This document shows positions 22,129 to 24,326 of a stretch of DNA of 24,326 bases, piece after piece (the stretch's first letter is position 1; every line of letters starts with the position of its first letter). A program made the translations under genes and the position numbers. The notes beneath the pieces are model-generated. The model was not told the origin of the DNA. It worked only from the letters and a program-made list of their open reading frames with translations, and ran no database searches. The DNA is from a virus (lineage: Duplodnaviria; Caudoviricetes). Location: the IMG/VR virus record IMGVR_UViG_3300020042_004847, positions 1 to 24,326 of that record; one strand, given 5' to 3'.

Positions 22129-24326
22129 ATGCCCGTAATTCGTGAAGATCGCAAATACTCAATTGGCGCTATTGGGGTTGCTAGAGTATCTAGCCCAGTC
22201 CCAAGCAGCAATGGATCTCAAGCCATTGCGCAGGCGGTATCTTCTGCGGCAGATAACATGGCTGAGCGGTTCTTTCGTGAGGGCGCTAAGAAGGCTGAGC
22301 AGTTTGGTGTTGAGCAAGGCTCGTCTGCTTCCCGTGAAACAATACTTGCCATTGATCCTGCAACGGGCGCGCCAAAGGCTTATGAAACTCCAAAGGGGTT
22401 TGGAACAATTGCGCAGGATGCGTACCAGCGTGTGATTCTAACCCGCTTTCAGTCTTCTGTTGAGGAAGAACTTCGACTGAAGGCAAAAGAACTTGCGGCT
22501 ACATACGATGGTTCTGTTGATCGATACACTGCAGCCATGTCTGAATACATTGGCGCAATGACTGTTAATGCTGAAGGCCAATTCCAAACTTACATTCAGG
22601 ATGTTGGTACAAGCTATCTAAATGCTACACGCACTGCGATGGCCATTGATCAGATCAATCGCGAGCGTTCTGCTGCTGCCAATGCACAAGGCGCTAGTAT
22701 CGCTGCGGGCAATGATGCCTTGCGCAGTCTTGTTGCTTCTTCTGGTGCTGCGTCTGCACTTTCATCAGAACCTACTCCTGTATCGACGATCAACGCAGCG
22801 GTTGATGTTGCCATTGATGATGCAGCTAAGGCAGAACTGTTTACTCCAGAACAAGTTGCTTTACTTGGCCGAGATAAAGTTATGGCTTTAGCCCTTGGCC
22901 AAGTTGAGTTTTTATCTCGTCAGTTGCCTTCCTCTACTCAAGCCAATCTTCTCAATGCTTCTATTGCTTCTGGAGATCCTTCTTTAATTACAGATCCTTC
23001 GCTTCAAGTTATTATGTCAACTCTTGGCTATGAAGATAGAAAAACTATTGAAAAGTTTTCAGAGGATTCTGTTGGAGATGTTGGTAAATTTCTTAAGATA
23101 AAAGAGGATGAGCAGGCTAATGCTTACAAGGCGAATGGCATTGTTGCTGCGTCAATGATAACTTCAGATACTATTAGTTCTGTAGCTATCATTTCAAACA
23201 ACGCTTACAACTATCCGATCCCAACTGTCGTTAATGTTACAAGAGATTCTTATGCTGATAGCATAGAACTTGCTACTGAATATGAACGAACTGGCCGCAC
23301 TGAAGAAGCTAGTGCTGAAAAGAATAGAGCCACTGTTTATTTTGATGCTGCCGTTTCTAGTTTGCAAAATCGAGTTTTAATTGGCTTGAATACTGATCAG
23401 ACAAGAGCAGCAACAAATGCTGTCAATAAGGGGAACGCTTCTTTAGCTCCGCCCGAAAGACAGGAAGCCGTTGCGGCAATCATTGAACTAGCCAACATCG
23501 ATCCAAAAATTATTGATTCGTTTAGTTCAGTTGCTGAAGAGCATATCCAAAACGAAGGCAAACTTAGAGACGATCAAGCACAAGCTGCAGCATATGTTTC
23601 TGCGGAAAAGTTGATTCGAAACAGTTCGCTTCAACTTAGTCGATTAAGTTCCGCTGATATTGATGCTCAGGTCAATTCAGTTAAAGACTCAGTTGCAGGT
23701 TCAGGTCTTAGCTTGGAAAAGCAAGAGGTTTTGTTTAAGCGTTTGAGTAACGCTGCTGCTCTTGCACATGTTCCAAAACTGTTTGCTGGACAGATGCCAA
23801 CTGTTTTGCAAATGGATGCAATGCAAAGCTATATTGATAGTAATGGGGTTGACACTGGAGCGTTAGCGCCACCGCAGATGGAAATCTTAGATGAAATCAT
23901 AAAGCATCAGTCTCAGTCTTTAGATGATTCCTCTGTAAGAACAGCCATCAATGAACAGATACTTGCCAAGGGGAAGCTATACACTGAGATTAAAACTCAA
24001 GAAGAACGCGGAAGGTTGTTTTATAATATCACAGCAGGGCAAGCAAATGGATCTCTTCCAGAGGTAAGAATAGCAGCAGATGATCTTGCAAAAGAAAATT
24101 ATCTTAATCGTCCAGAACTTGGCGGCGCTAATTATGGTGACCTAATCAGCAACGGCTCTTTGTTTACTGATCCAAAGAATGCATCTGCTTTGAACGCTTT
24201 AGGTGCTTTAACTGTTATGCCAGAAAGCGTACTGCAAGCTTTTCGCGGTGTATCTACTGGTGCTATTGGTGGTGATCGAGTCGGCTTTGTTCTTCGCGCT
24301 TGGAATGAACTTCGCTTCACAACCGA
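22129..24326 (+). CDS. Large internal virion (ejection) protein, 3'-truncated by the window edge; absent from the ORF track
   Basis: ATG at 22129 with SD TAAGG. MPVIREDRKYSIGAIGVARVSS... is open in all lines checked through ...WNELRFTT at the end (>730 codons). Ala-rich helical, gp15/16 position. Confidence 0.85.
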   Translation, partial: MPVIREDRKYSIGAIGVARVSSPVPSSNGSQAIAQAVSSAADNMAERFFREGAKKAEQFGVEQGSSASRETILAIDPATGAPKAYETPKGFGTIAQDAYQRVILTRFQSSVEEELRLKAKELAATYDGSVDRYTAAMSEYIGAMTVNAEGQFQTYIQDVGTSYLNATRTAMAIDQINRERSAAANAQGASIAAGNDALRSLVASSGAASALSSEPTPVSTINAAVDVAIDDAAKAELFTPEQVALLGRDKVMALALGQVEFLSRQLPSSTQANLLNASIASGDPSLITDPSLQVIMSTLGYEDRKTIEKFSEDSVGDVGKFLKIKEDEQANAYKANGIVAASMITSDTISSVAIISNNAYNYPIPTVVNVTRDSYADSIELATEYERTGRTEEASAEKNRATVYFDAAVSSLQNRVLIGLNTDQTRAATNAVNKGNASLAPPERQEAVAAIIELANIDPKIIDSFSSVAEEHIQNEGKLRDDQAQAAAYVSAEKLIRNSSLQLSRLSSADIDAQVNSVKDSVAGSGLSLEKQEVLFKRLSNAAALAHVPKLFAGQMPTVLQMDAMQSYIDSNGVDTGALAPPQMEILDEIIKHQSQSLDDSSVRTAINEQILAKGKLYTEIKTQEERGRLFYNITAGQANGSLPEVRIAADDLAKENYLNRPELGGANYGDLISNGSLFTDPKNASALNALGALTVMPESVLQAFRGVSTGAIGGDRVGFVLRAWNELRFTT

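Noticed and set aside
293-24320. Numerous antisense or alternative-frame ORFs (e.g. 1555..2079, 7707..8219, 12987..13562, 20587..21036, 22142..22435)
   Set aside because: Shadows of well-supported genes, with no SD or recognisable motifs.
1-24326. tRNA, rRNA, IS elements, introns or inteins
   Set aside because: No cloverleaf, transposase or interrupted core gene was seen. terL, portal and MCP are of normal length.

Overview
This window is part of a dsDNA podovirus-type phage genome, with a probable alphaproteobacterial (Rhodobacterales-like) host inferred from protein style. The left half (~880-9460) is a leftward early/replication arm. It encodes small early proteins, DUF932, Cro/XRE regulators, a Holliday junction resolvase, a lambda-O-like initiator with an internal palindromic origin, a YqaJ exonuclease, a Rad52-like annealase, an SSB-like protein and a stand-alone DnaA domain IV protein. 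The right half (10223-end) is a rightward BPP-1/HTVC010P/T7-like morphogenesis arm: terS, small basic proteins, terL, portal, scaffold, gp13-like GNAT, major capsid, tail tube A/B and ejection proteins. No DNA or RNA polymerase, integrase, tRNA or CRISPR array is visible. The most unusual signal is at the start of the early arm (8456-9703). There, three fold-back elements each precede a leftward gene, each carries a -35-like hexamer on the wrong (+) strand arm, and one has its best -10 only on that arm. Two of them contain GCGAAGC/GCGTAGC ssDNA mini-hairpins. This resembles the single-stranded-DNA promoters (Frpo/ssi) of conjugative plasmid leading regions, and the genes they precede also look like leading-region genes. 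All family assignments come from motif recognition by eye, not database searches.
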